Positions 39,660 to 49,706 of a stretch of 50,942 nt of DNA are shown in pieces. The notes beneath the pieces are model-generated. The model had not been told where the DNA came from. It worked only from the letters and a program-made list of their open reading frames with translations, and ran no database searches. Source of the DNA: a virus (lineage: Duplodnaviria > Heunggongvirae > Uroviricota > Caudoviricetes); the IMG/VR virus record IMGVR_UViG_2695420814_000010. The stretch is one strand, 5' to 3'. Each line of letters starts with the position of its first letter. Within the stretch, counting starts at the first letter, position 1. Both the position numbers and the translations under genes were made by a program.

Positions 39660-40478
39660 ATGTGTCAGGTATTTGGTGTATCCAGGAGCGGTTATTACAA
39701 CTGGGTACAGCATGAACCCTCAGACAGAAAACAAAGTGATGAGCGGCTAAAACTGGAGATTAAGGTGGCACATATCCGCACTCGCGAAACATATGGAACC
39801 CGGCGGCTCCAGACGGAGCTGGCAGAGAATGGCATCATCGTTGGTCGTGACCGACTGGCACGTCTTCGTAAGGAGCTAAGGCTACGCTGTAAGCAGAAAC
39901 GCAAGTTCAGAGCGACTACGAACTCGAACCACAATCTGCCAGTTGCGCCAAATCTGCTGAACCAGACGTTCGCTCCTACAGCACCAAATCAGGTCTGGGT
40001 GGCGGACCTGACGTATGTTGCCACACAGGAGGGATGGTTGTACCTCGCTGGCATCAAAGATGTTTATACGTGCGAAATTGTCGGCTACGCCATGGGAGAG
40101 CGCATGACAAAAGAGCTGACAGGTAAAGCCCTGTTTATGGCGCTCAGGAGCCAGCGCCCACCTGCCGGGCTAATCCACCACTCTGATCGAGGTTCACAGT
40201 ACTGCGCATACGATTACCGGGTCATACAGGAGCAGTCTGGTCTGAAAACATCAATGTCGCGTAAAGGTAACTGTTACGACAACGCTCCGATGGAAAGCTT
40301 CTGGGGAACGCTGAAAAATGAGAGCCTGAGCCACTATCGTTTTAATAACCGGGATGAAGCCATCTCAGTAATACGGGAATACATTGAGATTTTCTACAAT
40401 CGTCAGCGTCGTCACTCTCGTCTGGGGAATATCTCCCCGGCAGCCTTCAGGGAAAAATATCATCAGATGGCTGCTTAA
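39660..40478 (+). CDS. IS3-family transposase OrfB
   Basis: 272-aa DDE-domain ORF; the -1 frame is open from the slippery site at about 39575. Confidence 0.85.
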   Translation: MCQVFGVSRSGYYNWVQHEPSDRKQSDERLKLEIKVAHIRTRETYGTRRLQTELAENGIIVGRDRLARLRKELRLRCKQKRKFRATTNSNHNLPVAPNLLNQTFAPTAPNQVWVADLTYVATQEGWLYLAGIKDVYTCEIVGYAMGERMTKELTGKALFMALRSQRPPAGLIHHSDRGSQYCAYDYRVIQEQSGLKTSMSRKGNCYDNAPMESFWGTLKNESLSHYRFNNRDEAISVIREYIEIFYNRQRRHSRLGNISPAAFREKYHQMAA

Positions 40479-40511
40479 AAAAAGAACAAATGGTAGTGTC
40501 CGCTATTGCCA

Positions 40512-40548
40512 NNNNNNNNNNNNNNNNNNNNNNNNNNNNNNNNNNNNN
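40512..40548. other. Run of 37 N (assembly gap) immediately after the IS right end
   Basis: Literal n characters in the sequence. Confidence 1.
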
Positions 40549-41147
40549 CCCACGCTGCGCATCGACGCTGTCCGGCGATCAACAATCTGGTGCAGCACCA
40601 CCTGCTCGTTTTTCGTCTCGCGCTGAATGCCAATTTCATCAAGAACCAGCAGATCCACTTCGCATAGTTCCCGCAAAAATTTTTCGCCTGACTGCCCATC
40701 GTCATAGCTGGCGTGCAGGGCACTCATAACATCAGCCACGGTAACCACAATCACTGTCTGACCGTCTTTCAGCAGGCGATTCCCGATAGCTGCCGCTAAG
40801 TGGTTCTTCCCGGTACCAGGTTTTCCGCTGAACGCAAAATTTGTACACCCGGTCATCAGTTCATCAGCGATGGATTTCGCCTGACTCAACGCGTATCGCT
40901 GCGCTTCGTTCTGCACCTGGTAATTCGAAAACGAGCATTTGCGGTGCAATGGCTGGATGCCAGAGCGATTCAGAATTTTTTCCACCCGCAACTGACGATT
41001 CTGACGGTTGATCTCCTCACAACGTTTCTGGCCTTCGGAAAGTTGCCACTCGCGCCACTCCGCTACCGTCTTGAATGGCGCGGTTACATGTGACGGGGCC
41101 AGTCTGCGGATACGTTCAAGAACGTCGCCTGTCGCAATATTTTTCAT
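40549..41147 (-). CDS. ydaV: DnaC-like replication protein YdaV (C-terminus lost in the N gap)
   Basis: MKNIATGDVLERIRRLAPSHV... with Walker A GKPGTGKNHLAAAIG; ORF runs into the N-run. Confidence 0.7.
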
Positions 41148-41153
41148 GGTCAG

Positions 41154-42011
41154 TTACCCCCTGAAGCCTGGCGGGATCGCACTATCCGGTAACGAGACGG
41201 TGTTAACCTGTCGGAGTAACGTCTCAGGTCGAACACCTTTCGGCGCGAACAAGCCCTGGTATTCATTGGCGATGCTGTGTCGAATCACCTGCTCAGGTGA
41301 AAAACCCTGCTGGCGGAATTTTTCCAGCTCCCGTATCGCCCCGTTAGCGCCCTGCTCCGTTCGAATCGGTTTTCGCAATGCCTGGCGAAATTCAACCCAC
41401 TCACGCCAAAGCGAGACAGAAATCCAGTTCGGCAAAGCAATATCCAGAGGGTCAAACTTTTTGACACCTCGATTCCCCCGGGGGGGATTTAGGGGGGGAT
41501 CTGTTTTTAGATCTTTATCTGTATCTTTATTAGTTGCCTTTGTGTTGACATCATGTTCAAACACCACTTCAACATCTGTTTGAACACCTGTTAAATTTCT
41601 CTCTTGTTTTGTTTGAACATCTGCTTCCTTTCTGCTTCTTCTGGCCTGAACAGATGCTTTTCCTGCGGCTGATTTTTTGGTTAATTTTTCCCTGACTGAT
41701 GCCAGATCTTCCTCAATCCGAAGATGCACCCATTCCTCGCCGTTATCGCAAAAAAACTCCTGCAAGGATGGTTCAACATCAGCCCATCGCTCGTTAGTCA
41801 GACGGGCAATTTTTGCCAGCCTGTTTTTAGGTATTGGCTTTCCTGTTTGCCAGTAATTGAACATCAGCAACAAATACGCACCATGCTCCTCTGCTGACAA
41901 ATGCATGGTGTCAGCCAGGTAATCAGCTATGTACAGTTGCATGTATGGTAATGCGGCCATAATTGCCCCGTATGATGCTGCCCGGTGGCTTAGAATAAGC
42001 ACAAACAGCAT
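41154..42011 (-). CDS. ydaU: Replication initiator / replisome organiser YdaU-like
   Basis: 285-aa ORF; N-terminal ...YMQLYIADYLADTMHLSAEEHGAYLLLMFNYWQTGKPIP, conserved C-terminal domain shared with 38581..38850. Confidence 0.65.
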   Translation of the reverse strand: MLFVLILSHRAASYGAIMAALPYMQLYIADYLADTMHLSAEEHGAYLLLMFNYWQTGKPIPKNRLAKIARLTNERWADVEPSLQEFFCDNGEEWVHLRIEEDLASVREKLTKKSAAGKASVQARRSRKEADVQTKQERNLTGVQTDVEVVFEHDVNTKATNKDTDKDLKTDPPLNPPRGNRGVKKFDPLDIALPNWISVSLWREWVEFRQALRKPIRTEQGANGAIRELEKFRQQGFSPEQVIRHSIANEYQGLFAPKGVRPETLLRQVNTVSLPDSAIPPGFRG

Positions 42012-42023
42012 GGAAACTTTTGC

Positions 42024-42446
42024 TTAATGAACAATGACAGAATCGTCGGAAGACCCGCCGCCGCTGAAATGCGCTTTCCGGTAAACGGCTTGGACTGCAT
42101 CATCATGCGCATCAATTGCCGTACTTAACGCTTCCTGCGCCGCCAGTAATGCACGGCGTTCCAGGGTATCGAAGATGCAGAGTCGGTGACGCAGCTCGCG
42201 CGGAAGGATTGCCAGAATTGCTGGGATCAGCTTCTGAATTTTTTCTCTTTGCGTTTTCGTTTCACCTTTCAACCAACGGTGATAGATATTCTGCTGATTA
42301 TTCCAGTCCTTGCCTGGTACCAGGGGCAATTCGCCGCCCCCCTGGCGCAGATATTCTTCAGTAATGGCATTGGCTACCCATGCCTGCCCTTTTTCGGCTG
42401 CCAGGGCTAACAACACTGACTCGATGTGCTCATGCTTGATTTTCAT
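42024..42446 (-). CDS. ydaT: YdaT-like protein
   Basis: 140-aa ORF MKIKHEHIESVLLALAAEKGQAWVANAITEEYLRQ..., matching the recalled Rac YdaT in length and sequence. Confidence 0.65.
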   Translation of the reverse strand: MKIKHEHIESVLLALAAEKGQAWVANAITEEYLRQGGGELPLVPGKDWNNQQNIYHRWLKGETKTQREKIQKLIPAILAILPRELRHRLCIFDTLERRALLAAQEALSTAIDAHDDAVQAVYRKAHFSGGGSSDDSVIVH

Positions 42447-42697
42447 GAATCAACTCCCATCAGCTTTTTCGTAGTAGTTTTATTTCTGCCAATAGTTAAA
42501 ATTACATCAGCAGAAAATAATCCGTTTGATGCATGAGCGATTTTTTCAGCGTAATTTGTTTCGCCGGTATATTCTGTGCGAGGCAATTTTCCGTTATCCA
42601 TCCATTTGTAGATTGCTCTTTGGCTGACACCACAAACGTCGGCCACAACAGAAACGCGAACAGTTTTGATTACATCTTCAAGTGTTTTCTGGTTCAT
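42443..42697 (-). CDS. Cro-like HTH regulator (YdaS-like)
   Basis: From Met25 of track ORF 42443..42769: MNQKTLEDVIKTVRVSVVADVCGVSQRAIYKWMDNGKLP (HTH); upstream alternative starts possible; divergent from racR. Confidence 0.55.
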   Translation of the reverse strand: MNQKTLEDVIKTVRVSVVADVCGVSQRAIYKWMDNGKLPRTEYTGETNYAEKIAHASNGLFSADVILTIGRNKTTTKKLMGVDS

Positions 42698-42758
42698 ATC
42701 ACCCTCACAATGTGAACTTTGAGTACATGCTATAACAGAACTGACAGTACATTCAAGA

Positions 42759-43196
42759 GTGAATATCATTGAACTTATGGTTCATGAAGATAAAGCGCGT
42801 AAAGAGTTCGCCAGTAGGCTTGCGCTAGCCTGTGAAAACGCTGGTTATGAACAACATGGAAGGCAGGCAGAAATTGCCCGTCGAATGAAATTAACACCAA
42901 AAGCGGTTAGCAAATGGTTTAATGGCGAAACAATTCCTCGCCGAGAGAAATTAAGGGAATTAGCAACACTCATTGGAACAACACCAACCTATCTTTTGGG
43001 AGAGGATACAGAAGAAAGTGGACAGGTACGTTTCTATCAGGAGTTAAATCCAAGACAAAAAATCATCATTGACCTTCTGGACGAGCTCCCTGACAGTGAG
43101 ACAGATGAACTTTTAAAAACTCTTGAGGAGAAAAAACAGAAGTACAATGCAATTTACGAAGAGCTAGCACGAAAGAAAAAACAAAAAGCCTCTTAA
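42759..43196 (+). CDS. racR: CI-like prophage repressor RacR (XRE-family HTH)
   Basis: 145-aa ORF with HTH RQAEIARRMKLTPKAVSKWFNGE; divergently arranged against the cro-like gene with a 61-bp intergenic region. Confidence 0.7.
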   Translation: MNIIELMVHEDKARKEFASRLALACENAGYEQHGRQAEIARRMKLTPKAVSKWFNGETIPRREKLRELATLIGTTPTYLLGEDTEESGQVRFYQELNPRQKIIIDLLDELPDSETDELLKTLEEKKQKYNAIYEELARKKKQKAS

Positions 43197-43486
43197 ACCA
43201 GCATAAATCCGGTAGCGTCCCCCTCCGGGTTTGTGCTTCACTTTATCCCATCTCATTTTTTTACACACAAAATGTACTTATAGTACTTTACATCAATGAA
43301 CACAAAGTACATTATATACCTACCAACCCACCCCGCCCCACAGAACGCAGGGCAATACTTCGAGTTACCAGGCAGTGGTCAGGGGTTAAGTAGCCAGCCC
43401 GAGGCGTATGAACATGACGGCAGGGTTCAGATTTTGCAGTGCAGCAGGTTTCAGTTCCGCCACCCGGCGTTAAGGGGAGAGATAAG

Positions 43487-43621
43487 ATGGTGCATTACGA
43501 AGTAGTTCAGTATTTGATGGATTGTTGCGGTATCACTTACAACCAGGCTGTGCAGGCTTTACGCAGCAACGACTGGGATCTCTGGCAGGCAGAAGTCGCT
43601 ATACACAGCAACAAGATGTGA
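43487..43621 (+). CDS. ydaG: Small Rac protein YdaG-like
   Basis: MVHYEVVQYLMDCCGITYNQAVQALRSNDWDLWQAEVAIHSNKM (44 aa), internal start of track ORF 43439..43621. Confidence 0.5.
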   Translation: MVHYEVVQYLMDCCGITYNQAVQALRSNDWDLWQAEVAIHSNKM

Positions 43622-43631
43622 GATTCGCAAA

Positions 43632-43787
43632 ATGCAAAAAATCGACCTCGGCAACAACGAATCCCTGGTGTGCGGCGTGTTCCCCAACCAGGATGGAACG
43701 TTCACTGCCATGACGTATACCAAAAGCAAAACATTTAAAACCGAAACTGGTGCGCGCCGATGGTTGGAGAAGCACACAGTAAGCTAA
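43632..43787 (+). CDS. ydaF: Small Rac protein YdaF-like
   Basis: MQKIDLGNNESLVCGVFPNQDGTFTAMTYTKSKTFKTETGARRWLEKHTVS (51 aa); below the ORF-track cutoff. Confidence 0.5.
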   Translation: MQKIDLGNNESLVCGVFPNQDGTFTAMTYTKSKTFKTETGARRWLEKHTVS

Positions 43788-44272
43788 CGATTAAAACGTC
43801 TACTCCTGCTGTTCCAGAATAACTTCATAAAATGGGAGTATTTTTCGGTGACGAGATAATAAGAACAGTTTGCGCTATCACTCTGATGTTGAATGATGCC
43901 CTTCCGTTCTAATTTTTTCATAACCGGGTTACGGCAAGGAGAAGTGATAATAAGATTTCCTGTTTTAAGGAAATCTTTAAATACAGCGATTTCTTTCTCA
44001 GATAAACGAAGCAATACTCGTTGCTCTGGTAGTAATGAATAATGCTTTTGAATATGTGCTCGCAATCTTGAGAAGGAAATGGCGACCACGAAAGAAAAGG
44101 CAAAAACGATAATCTGAAAGAGCCAAGGTATTTCAGTATAAGCATTGAATGCGACAGTAAACTCTTTCGGTATCAGCCAGAGAGTGAGACCAAAAATGAT
44201 AATCGTATACATAAGTATTTCGAGTGGCTCGTTAGCAAAAAGTTTCAACAATGGAGTAAATACATCCAACAT
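43784..44272 (-). CDS. sieB: Superinfection exclusion protein B
   Basis: From Met42 of track ORF 43784..44395: MLDVFTPLLKLFANEPLEILMYTIIIFGLTLWLIPKEF..., 162 aa, membrane protein. Confidence 0.8.
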   Translation of the reverse strand: MLDVFTPLLKLFANEPLEILMYTIIIFGLTLWLIPKEFTVAFNAYTEIPWLFQIIVFAFSFVVAISFSRLRAHIQKHYSLLPEQRVLLRLSEKEIAVFKDFLKTGNLIITSPCRNPVMKKLERKGIIQHQSDSANCSYYLVTEKYSHFMKLFWNSRSRRFNR

Positions 44273-44713
44273 ATCAATAACTCTCAACTGTAAGGGTATT
44301 GAAATGTTAACACAAGCTCTCGCTGTAGGGGTATAGCCGAGACCACCGAAGCCCGGAGGTGGTGAAATAAAACCGGGCACAACACGAAGGCGCATTTCCG
44401 ATATCCATAAAGAGTCGGTCTTGTCTGTTAAATTTAAATGGTGGGAGTGCGCCTCCGGTTGTAAATAACGACATTGCTGTGTGTAGTCCTGGCGGCATCA
44501 GTTTTTTTCTTGAAGTTCGGCTGATGTCCGCCCTTTTTAAAGTGAATTTTGTGATGCGGTGAATGCGGCTAAGCGCACGTGGCACAGTTAAAAGTCATGT
44601 TAGTCCTTATTGGTTTGGGTGGGAAAGCCGACTGTAATTGTTAACTGGTTGCAGTCACCTGGAGGCACCAGGCACCGCATCAACAAAGTTCATTTGTAAA
44701 AATGGAGATAATT

Positions 44714-44935
44714 ATGATTGCACATCACTTCGGAACTGATGAAATACCACGTCAGTGTGTGACTCCTGGCGATTATGTTCTTCATGAAGGCCGGACATAT
44801 ATTGCCTCGGCAAACAATATTAAAAAGCGAAAACTATATATTCGTAACCTGACCACAAAAACATGCATTACTGACCGCATGATTAAAGTCTTCCTCGGTC
44901 GTGATGGTTTACCTGTAAAGGCGGAGTCATGGTGA
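44714..44935 (+). CDS. kilR: Killing protein KilR (cell-division inhibitor)
   Basis: [73 protein letters not shown] (73 aa). Confidence 0.8.
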   Translation: MIAHHFGTDEIPRQCVTPGDYVLHEGRTYIASANNIKKRKLYIRNLTTKTCITDRMIKVFLGRDGLPVKAESW

Positions 44936-45104
44936 TGACTAAGAAAATAAAATGTGCTTACCACCTTTGCAAAAAAGACGTTGAAGAAAGCAAAGCTATT
45001 GAAAGAATGCTTCACTTCATGCACGGGATTTTATCAAAAGACGAACCGAGAAAATATTGCAGTGAAGCTTGTGCCGAAAAAGACCAGATGGCACATGAAC
45101 TTTA
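44928..45104 (+). CDS. ydaE: Small Cys-rich protein YdaE-like
   Basis: M(V)[56 protein letters not shown]; ATG overlaps the kilR stop; below the ORF-track cutoff. Confidence 0.6.
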
Positions 45105-45179
45105 ATTAATTGACTATTCGAAACTGAATTTATGCCAGAAATGGCAGGTATTCGCTCAACCTTAATTAAGGAGAAAAAC

Positions 45180-45455
45180 ATGATTACCAATTATGAAGCC
45201 ACTGTTGTAACTACCGATGACATTGTTCACGAGGTGAATCTGGAAGGAAAGCGCATTGGCTACGTAATTAAAACAGAAAATAAAGAAACCCCATTCACTG
45301 TGGTTGATATCGATGGTCCATCAGGCAACGTAAAAACACTTGATGAAGGTGTCAAAAAAATGTGCCTGGTGCATATCGGAAAGAATCTGCCCGCAGAAAA
45401 AAAAGCCGAATTTCTGGCAACTCTAATTGCAATGAAATTAAAAGGTGAAATCTGA
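45180..45455 (+). CDS. racC: RacC protein
   Basis: MITNYEATVVTTDDIVHEVNLEGKRIGYVIKTENKETPF... (91 aa), immediately upstream of recE. Confidence 0.7.
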   Translation: MITNYEATVVTTDDIVHEVNLEGKRIGYVIKTENKETPFTVVDIDGPSGNVKTLDEGVKKMCLVHIGKNLPAEKKAEFLATLIAMKLKGEI

Positions 45456-45556
45456 AAGAAATAGCCTGCGTATGGCGCAGGCTATGAACAGTGTGTATCC
45501 GGCAAGATCATTCACTGAACAAAACGAATTTTAATCTGAGTTGAGGTTAAAAAACA

Positions 45557-48157
45557 ATGAGCACAAAACCACTCTTCCTGTTACGGAAAGCGAAAAAATC
45601 ATCCGGTGAACCTGACGTCGTCCTGTGGGCAAGCAACGATTTTGAATCGACCTGTGCCACTCTGGACTACCTGATCGTTAAGTCAGGTAAAAAACTGAGC
45701 AGCTATTTTAAAGCTGTTGCCACGAATTTTCCTGTCGTTAATGACCTGCCCGCTGAAGGTGAGATCGATTTTACCTGGAGTGAACGCTATCAACTCAGCA
45801 AAGACTCCATGACATGGGAACTAAAACCGGGAGCAGCACCAGACAACGCTCACTATCAAGGCAATACCAACGTCAACGGCGAAGACATGACTGAGATTGA
45901 GGAGAATATGCTACTCCCAATTTCTGGCCAGGAACTGCCCATTCGTTGGCTTGCTCAACACGGCAGCGAAAAACCGGTAACGCACGTTTCACGCGACGGA
46001 CTCCAGGCATTACACATTGCTCGGGCTGAAGAACTACCGGCTGTTACTGCCCTGGCTGTTTCCCACAAAACCAGCCTGCTCGACCCGCTGGAAATTCGCG
46101 AACTCCACAAACTGGTTCGTGACACTGACAAAGTTTTCCCTAATCCTGGTAATTCAAACCTGGGACTGATAACTGCTTTTTTCGAAGCATACCTGAACGC
46201 TGACTACACCGATCGAGGACTGCTGACAAAAGAGTGGATGAAGGGTAATCGTGTTTCACACATCACTCGCACGGCTTCCGGTGCTAATGCTGGCGGCGGA
46301 AACCTCACCGATCGCGGCGAAGGTTTCGTACACGATCTGACGTCACTGGCGCGGGACGTAGCCACTGGCGTACTGGCCCGTTCAATGGATCTGGACATCT
46401 ATAACCTTCATCCGGCACACGCTAAACGCATTGAGGAAATTATCGCTGAAAATAAACCGCCCTTTTCTGTTTTCCGCGACAAATTCATCACCATGCCTGG
46501 CGGGCTGGATTATTCCCGCGCCATCGTGGTTGCGTCCGTAAAAGAAGCACCAATTGGGATCGAGGTCATCCCCGCGCACGTCACTGAATATCTGAACAAA
46601 GTACTGACTGAAACCGATCATGCCAACCCTGATCCGGAAATCGTGGATATTGCCTGCGGTCGCTCCTCTGCCCCGATGCCGCAGCGAGTAACAGAAGAAG
46701 GAAAACAGGATGATGAAGAAAAACCGCAACCATCTGGAACAACGGCAGTTGAACAGGGAGAGGCTGAAACAATGGAACCGGACGCAACTGAACATCATCA
46801 GGACACGCAGCCGCTGGATGCTCAGTCACAGGTAAATTCTGTTGATGCGAAATATCAGGAACTGCGGGCAGAACTCCATGAAGCCCGGAAAAACATTCCA
46901 TCAAAAAATCCTGTCGATGCCGATAAATTGCTTGCTGCATCACGTGGTGAATTTGTTGACGGAATTAGCGACCCGAACGATCCGAAATGGGTAAAGGGGA
47001 TCCAGACTCGCGATTGTGTGTACCAGAACCAGCCAGAAACGGAAAAAACCAGCCCGGATATGAATCAACCTGAGCCAGTAGTGCAACAGGAACCGGAAAT
47101 AGCCTGCAATGCCTGCGGCCAGACTGGCGGGGATAACTGCCCTGACTGTGGTGCGGTGATGGGCGACGCAACATACCAGGAAACATTCGATGAAGAGAGT
47201 CAGGTTGAAGCTAAGGAAAATGATCCGGAGGAAATGGAAGGCGCTGAACATCCGCACAATGAGAATGCTGGCAGCGATCCGCATCGCGATTGCAGTGATG
47301 AAACTGGCGAAGTCGCAGATCCCGTAATCGTAGAAGACATAGAGCCAGGTATTTATTACGGAATTTCGAATGAGAATTACCACGCGGGTCCCGGTGTCAG
47401 TAAGTCTCAGCTCGATGACATTGCTGATACTCCGGCACTGTATTTGTGGCGTAAAAATGCCCCCGTGGACACCACAAAGACAAAAACGCTCGATTTAGGA
47501 ACCGCTTTCCACTGCCGGGTACTTGAGCCGGAAGAATTCAGTAACCGCTTTATCGTAGCACCTGAATTTAACCGCCGGACAAACTCCGGAAAAGAAGAAG
47601 AGAAAGCGTTTCTGAGGGAATGCGCAAGCACAGGAAAAACGGTTATCACTGCCGAAGAAGGCCGGAAAATTGAACTCATGTATCAGAGCGTTATGGCTTT
47701 GCCGCTGGGGCAATGGCTTGTTGAAAGCGCCGGACACGCTGAATCATCAATTTACTGGGAAGATCCTGAAACAGCAATTTTGTGTCGGTGCCGTCCGGAC
47801 AAAATTATCCCTGAATTTCACTGGATCATGGACGTGAAAACTACGGCGGATATTCAACGATTCAAAACCGCTTATTACGACTACCGCTATCACGTTCAGG
47901 ATGCATTCTACAGTGACGGTTATGAAGCACAGTTTGGAGTGCAGCCAACTTTCGTTTTTCTGGTTGCCAGCACAACTATTGAATGCGGACGTTATCCGGT
48001 TGAAATTTTCATGATGGGCGAAGAAGCAAAACTGGCAGGTCAGCTGGAATATCACCGCAATCTGCGAACCCTGGCTGACTGCCTCAATACCGATGAATGG
48101 CCAGCTATTAAGACGTTATCACTGCCCCGCTGGGCTAAGGAATATGCAAATGACTAA
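45557..48157 (+). CDS. recE: Exodeoxyribonuclease VIII RecE
   Basis: 866-aa [35 protein letters not shown]...; C-terminal nuclease domain; length and sequence as recalled for Rac RecE. Confidence 0.9.
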   Translation: MSTKPLFLLRKAKKSSGEPDVVLWASNDFESTCATLDYLIVKSGKKLSSYFKAVATNFPVVNDLPAEGEIDFTWSERYQLSKDSMTWELKPGAAPDNAHYQGNTNVNGEDMTEIEENMLLPISGQELPIRWLAQHGSEKPVTHVSRDGLQALHIARAEELPAVTALAVSHKTSLLDPLEIRELHKLVRDTDKVFPNPGNSNLGLITAFFEAYLNADYTDRGLLTKEWMKGNRVSHITRTASGANAGGGNLTDRGEGFVHDLTSLARDVATGVLARSMDLDIYNLHPAHAKRIEEIIAENKPPFSVFRDKFITMPGGLDYSRAIVVASVKEAPIGIEVIPAHVTEYLNKVLTETDHANPDPEIVDIACGRSSAPMPQRVTEEGKQDDEEKPQPSGTTAVEQGEAETMEPDATEHHQDTQPLDAQSQVNSVDAKYQELRAELHEARKNIPSKNPVDADKLLAASRGEFVDGISDPNDPKWVKGIQTRDCVYQNQPETEKTSPDMNQPEPVVQQEPEIACNACGQTGGDNCPDCGAVMGDATYQETFDEESQVEAKENDPEEMEGAEHPHNENAGSDPHRDCSDETGEVADPVIVEDIEPGIYYGISNENYHAGPGVSKSQLDDIADTPALYLWRKNAPVDTTKTKTLDLGTAFHCRVLEPEEFSNRFIVAPEFNRRTNSGKEEEKAFLRECASTGKTVITAEEGRKIELMYQSVMALPLGQWLVESAGHAESSIYWEDPETAILCRCRPDKIIPEFHWIMDVKTTADIQRFKTAYYDYRYHVQDAFYSDGYEAQFGVQPTFVFLVASTTIECGRYPVEIFMMGEEAKLAGQLEYHRNLRTLADCLNTDEWPAIKTLSLPRWAKEYAND

Positions 48158-48959
48158 GCAACCACCAATCGCAAAAGCCGATCTGCAAAAAACTCAGGGA
48201 AACCGTGCACCAGCAGCAATTAAAAATAACGACGTGATTAGTTTTATTAACCAGCCATCAATGAAAGAGCAACTGGCAGCAGCTCTTCCACGCCATATGA
48301 CGGCTGAACGTATGATCCGTATCGCCACCACAGAAATTCGTAAAGTTCCGGCGTTAGGAAACTGTGACACTATGAGTTTTGTCAGTGCAATCGTACAGTG
48401 TTCACAGCTCGGACTTGAGCCCGGTAGCGCCCTCGGTCATGCATATTTACTGCCTTTTGGTAATAAAAACGAAAAGAGCGGTAAAAAAAACGTTCAGCTA
48501 ATCATTGGCTATCGCGGCATGATTGATCTGGCTCGCCGTTCAGGTCAAATCGCCAGCCTGTCAGCCCGTGTTGTCCGTGAAGGTGACGAGTTTAATTTCG
48601 AATTTGGCCTTGATGAAAAGTTAATACACCGCCCAGGAGAAAACGAAGATGCCCCTGTTACCCACGTCTATGCTGTCGCAAGACTGAAAGACGGAGGTAC
48701 TCAGTTTGAAGTTATGACGCGCAAACAGATTGAGCTGGTGCGCAGCCAGAGTAAAGCTGGTAATAACGGGCCGTGGGTAACTCACTGGGAAGAAATGGCA
48801 AAGAAAACGGCTATTCGTCGCCTGTTCAAATATCTGCCCGTATCAATTGAGATCCAGCGTGCAGTATCAATGGATGAAAAGGAACCACTGACAATCGATC
48901 CTGCAGATTCCTCTGTATTAACCGGGGAATACAGTGTAATCGATAATTCAGAGGAATAA
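48150..48959 (+). CDS. recT: Single-strand annealing protein RecT
   Basis: [35 protein letters not shown]... (269 aa); ATG overlaps the recE stop (ATGACTAA). Confidence 0.9.
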   Translation: MTKQPPIAKADLQKTQGNRAPAAIKNNDVISFINQPSMKEQLAAALPRHMTAERMIRIATTEIRKVPALGNCDTMSFVSAIVQCSQLGLEPGSALGHAYLLPFGNKNEKSGKKNVQLIIGYRGMIDLARRSGQIASLSARVVREGDEFNFEFGLDEKLIHRPGENEDAPVTHVYAVARLKDGGTQFEVMTRKQIELVRSQSKAGNNGPWVTHWEEMAKKTAIRRLFKYLPVSIEIQRAVSMDEKEPLTIDPADSSVLTGEYSVIDNSEE

Positions 48960-49014
48960 TTCAGCCTGGCGGTGTAATGCACCGCCAACTTGAAATATTT
49001 TTATGAGAAAAATT

Positions 49015-49164
49015 ATGAGATATGACAATGTTAAACCATGTCCATTTTGTGGTTGTCCATCAGTAACGGTGAAAGCCATTTCAGGATATTACCGAGCGAA
49101 GTGTAACGGATGCGAATCCCGAACCGGTTATGGTGGAAGTGAAAAAGAAGCACTCGAACGATGA
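49015..49164 (+). CDS. ralR: Restriction alleviation protein RalR/Lar-like, apparently shortened by an in-frame TGA
   Basis: MRYDNVKPCPFCGCPSVTVKAISGYYRAKCNGCESRTGYGGSEKEALER then TGA at 49162..49164; reading TGG instead would continue WNKRTTGNNNGGVHV to a stop overlapping the ydaC start. Confidence 0.55.
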   Translation: MRYDNVKPCPFCGCPSVTVKAISGYYRAKCNGCESRTGYGGSEKEALER

Positions 49165-49201
49165 AATAAACGAACCACTGGAAATAATAATGGAGGTGTT
49201 C

Positions 49202-49390
49202 ATGTATAAAATTACCGCCACTATTGAAAAGGAAGGTGGCACTCCTACTAACTGGACAAGATATTCAAAATCTAAACTAACGAAATCAGAATGCGAAAAA
49301 ATGCTCTCAGGTAAAAAAGAAGCAGGCGTTTCCAGAGAGCAGAAAGTAAAACTGATAAATTTTAATTGCGAGAAACTTCAGTCCTCGTGA
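49202..49390 (+). CDS. ydaC: YdaC-like small protein
   Basis: MYKITATIEKEGGTPTNWTRYSKSKLTKSECEKMLSGKKEAGVSREQKVKLINFNCEKLQSS (62 aa), internal start of track ORF 49130..49390. Confidence 0.5.
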   Translation: MYKITATIEKEGGTPTNWTRYSKSKLTKSECEKMLSGKKEAGVSREQKVKLINFNCEKLQSS

Positions 49391-49489
49391 ATTGCATTGT
49401 ATTCAAATTAAAACTTCATAGCTGATTATTAATAATCAACATCGGGCGTCAATTTAAGTCTAACATTGGCGCCTGCCAGAGGTGATGCG

Positions 49490-49705
49490 ATGGCACAAGT
49501 AATCTTTAATGAAGAGTGGATGGTTGAATACGGCCTGATGCTTCGCACTGGTCTGGGGGCCAGACAAATTGAAGCATACCGCCAGAACTGTTGGGTGGAA
49601 GGCTTCCACTTCAAACGAGTATCTCCTTTAGGGAAGCCAGACAGTAAGCGAGGGATTATCTGGTATAACTATCCAAAGATAAATCAGTTTATCAAAGACT
49701 CATGA
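49490..49705 (+). CDS. Excisionase (YdaQ/XisR-like)
   Basis: [44 protein letters not shown]... (71 aa) immediately upstream of integrase. Confidence 0.7.
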   Translation: MAQVIFNEEWMVEYGLMLRTGLGARQIEAYRQNCWVEGFHFKRVSPLGKPDSKRGIIWYNYPKINQFIKDS

Positions 49706-49706
49706 T

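Larger units (their letters stand above)
39259..40511 (+). mobile_element. IS3-family insertion sequence (IS600-like), complete copy
   Basis: Ends TGAGGTAGCC... and ...CGCTATTGCCA; orfA and orfB in the -1 relationship; 1253 bp. IS600 assignment is from memory of the OrfA N-terminus MSRKTQRYSKEFKAEAVRTV. Confidence 0.85.

Noticed and set aside
43296-43505. 69-aa ORF overlapping ydaG in another frame
   Set aside because: No ribosome-binding site; overlaps the better-supported ydaG and the racR 3' region.
46204-48055. Cluster of minus-strand ORFs (46204..46398 through 47747..48055) inside recE
   Set aside because: Antisense to the continuous 866-aa recE ORF; none has a plausible ribosome-binding site.
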